Source: Marsupella aquatica
Taxonomy: Eukaryota > Plantae > Marchantiophyta
NCBI GenBank assembly: GCA_973895155.1
Contig: OZ316891.1
Span: 19,741,048 to 19,805,047, forward strand
Length of the DNA stretch: 64,000 bases
Direction of reading: 5' to 3'
The notes under the pieces: model-generated
Databases searched by the model: none
Told to the model about the DNA's origin: nothing
Seen by the model: only the letters and a program-made list of their open reading frames with translations
Shown here: piece after piece, positions 61,855 through 64,000 of the stretch
Numbering within the stretch: position 1 is the stretch's first letter
Layout: every line of letters starts with the position of its first letter
Position numbers and translations under genes: made by a program

Positions 61855-63829
61855 ATGGGTCGCGCGCCGTGCTGCGACAAAGCCAACGTGAAGAAGGGGC
61901 CATGGTCTCCTGAAGAAGATGCAAAGCTTAAACATTTCATCCAAACCAATGGGACAGGAGGAAACTGGATTACGCTGCCAAGCAAAGCTGGTAAGAATAC
62001 GTTCTTCGACAGAGGTCATCTGACCGTCGTGGCCGTCAATGGATTTGGATGCTAGGCCGAATCTAATCGTTGATAGCTGTCAGTTTGTTGAAAAAATTAA
62101 GTGACAGGTGATGCTGCATCTGTCTAGTACCTGCGAAGACATTTTTGATTGTCATCATAGGAAACCAACTGTCAATGTTAGATTGTCCACCTTCCCTTAA
62201 AAGCTTCTTGATAATATGCTCGATGTGGAAGGTCGACCAGGACTTGCAATTTGCATATTTTATAAATGAATGAATAAACTTCACATTTGAGTGCTCTAAT
62301 CAGAGCGATTGTGTAGCAATCAGAGTACTGAGGATTCGGTCATCTGTCCTCGTCTTCGGCGAATGCTTTTCGATATATGTTACATATGAGAAGCTGACGT
62401 GAGTCTAGCCTCTTGTAGGTATTTTTCAATAATAGCTGTGGGCATTCTGAGGAACTTGAACGTTATCTGTTTCATGTTCACGTTACTTTCGGATGTCGAT
62501 TCGAAGCTCGTCAAATGCTCTTACGAAAAGGGAGAAGGCTCTTGTCGAGAATGCGGTCGATGTAATAGTTAATCCGTCGTTTGAATTGACTGACATGAAG
62601 TTTGTTCTTCCCATGGTCGTGCAGGTTTGAGGCGGTGCGGTAAGAGTTGCAGACTGAGGTGGATCAATTACCTGAGGCCTGACATAAAGCATGGCAGTTT
62701 CACTGAAGAAGAGGAGAAACTCATCATTGAGTTGCATGGGAAGGTGGGTAGTCGGTGGTCTCTCATCGCTGCACAGCTCCAAGGGAGGACGGACAATGAC
62801 ATTAAAAATTACTGGAACACACGGTTGAAGAAGAAACTTGCTGAGAAGGGCATGAACTCATCGTTGAGCCATCAGCAGCAGCAGCAGCAACAGCAGCATC
62901 GCAACTATCATATGCGAAGTGCCGCAGTTCCGATGTTCACAGTTAGTCCGTCACAACCGGATGGAATCAGGCAGTCTCCAATGTTGAAAGATCAGTTGAT
63001 TCATCATCAAACGGCGCAGTTCTTGGAACAACAGCGCTACAATGCTACTCAAGTGGCAATTCAACAAAGCAGACCCGCCAATTTGTTTACACAAGGGCAG
63101 CATTTGGAGGCCCAGTGGCAGCAACAGCCTCAAATAGTACCCGTGAAGCACGAGTTGCCACCTGATGTGTCTGACCCTGAACGATTCAGGAAAATCCAGA
63201 GCGAATTGCTAGACATAATCTCTCCCGAGGTTAGTGAGGCCATGGCTTCGACCCAGAGTAGTGATATGCTGCACCAGCAGTCCCCCAACTCGCCTTGCAG
63301 CAATTGGAGTCCGGAAAGGTCCTATGGAGGACAGCTGGAGGACAGTCCTTACACCGATAACTTCAGCCGCATCTATGGAGATCCTCCTCCCTTGGTAGAT
63401 GTGCAATCTCATCCTCTTCTACCAATGACCACTGGAATGTTTGCACTGGCGCAGCAGCAGTTGCCAAGCGCTACAAGGTCGATCCAGAAGGAGGATTCCG
63501 CATCTGCCACTTCCAAACTTGGCGTCTTGTTTGGAGACTTCCAGTGTGCGTTCGCAGATCAACCATCGTATCTTTCCGATGCTGAAACTCCGTCGCTCGA
63601 TAGGATACTGGGGGTGAAAGAAGAAGTCTCCACTGACTTCTCGAGTACTGATTTGATCTCCTCGCCCACAACGAGGGGCTTTTTGTCCAATAGAACTTGG
63701 CCCACTCAACGATGTGGAGACGGACTGTCAGCGGCCTACCATGCGCAAATGCTACCTTCGCAGACACTAGATGCATTCTCTGAACAAGTTGGTTTATTTT
63801 TTCCAAACCGGAAGTACGTGTCCATCTGA
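61855..63829 (+). CDS. R2R3-MYB transcription factor, subgroup-14 (RAX/Blind/MYB36/GCAM1-like); join(61855..61990,62625..63829), 446 aa
   Basis: Exon 1 (136 bp) reads [50 protein letters not shown] intron spans 61991-62624 (G|gtaag...gtgcag|GT). Exon 2 reads [24 protein letters not shown]...[31 protein letters not shown], followed by a Q/S/P-rich C-terminus. GTGGNWI is typical of subgroup 14. Confidence 0.95.
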
Positions 63830-64000
63830 AGGGAAGAGACCGAGATAGTAGTGAAGGTGCCAGCAAAGCAAAGCAAGCCAAGGGGCTCGCTAGTGATCAA
63901 ATACCAGTTTTGTTTGACAGGTTTGACCAATTTGTTACTACATTACTCTTTGGTAAGTCAGTTCCGGGTTTTTTTTGCCTTGAGAGTACATTGAGGGCTG

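Noticed and set aside
63209-63930. Antisense ORFs over the MYB, and shadow ORFs over the CRE copies
   Set aside because: Alternative-frame shadows of real coding sequence with no recognisable motifs.

Overview
Eukaryotic, transposon-rich nuclear DNA, most consistent with a land plant and probably a seed-free lineage such as a bryophyte (inference). The only clearly intact host gene is a two-exon R2R3-MYB of the RAX/Blind/MYB36/GCAM1 type (subgroup 14) at the right end (61855-63829, +). The most striking feature is a family of CRE-like non-LTR retrotransposons with a restriction-like endonuclease, present as at least five copies of different ages. One copy is near full-length (51959-56089, -) with a 10-bp TSD, an LSDD RT active-site motif and a snap-back inverted duplication of target DNA at its 5' junction. 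Another (40716-43715) carries two stacked 3' ends inside one 11-bp TSD. Other mobile DNA includes a tRNA-derived SINE, a 1774-bp AGT...ACT solo-LTR-like insert nested in a 52-bp array, hAT-, Mutator- and mariner-type MITEs, and L1 and copia relics. Between these elements lie exon-like, stop-containing segments of up to three decayed genes; one on the minus strand (about 28.4-59.6 kb) tentatively resembles FANCB. All alignments were done by eye and no database searches were run.
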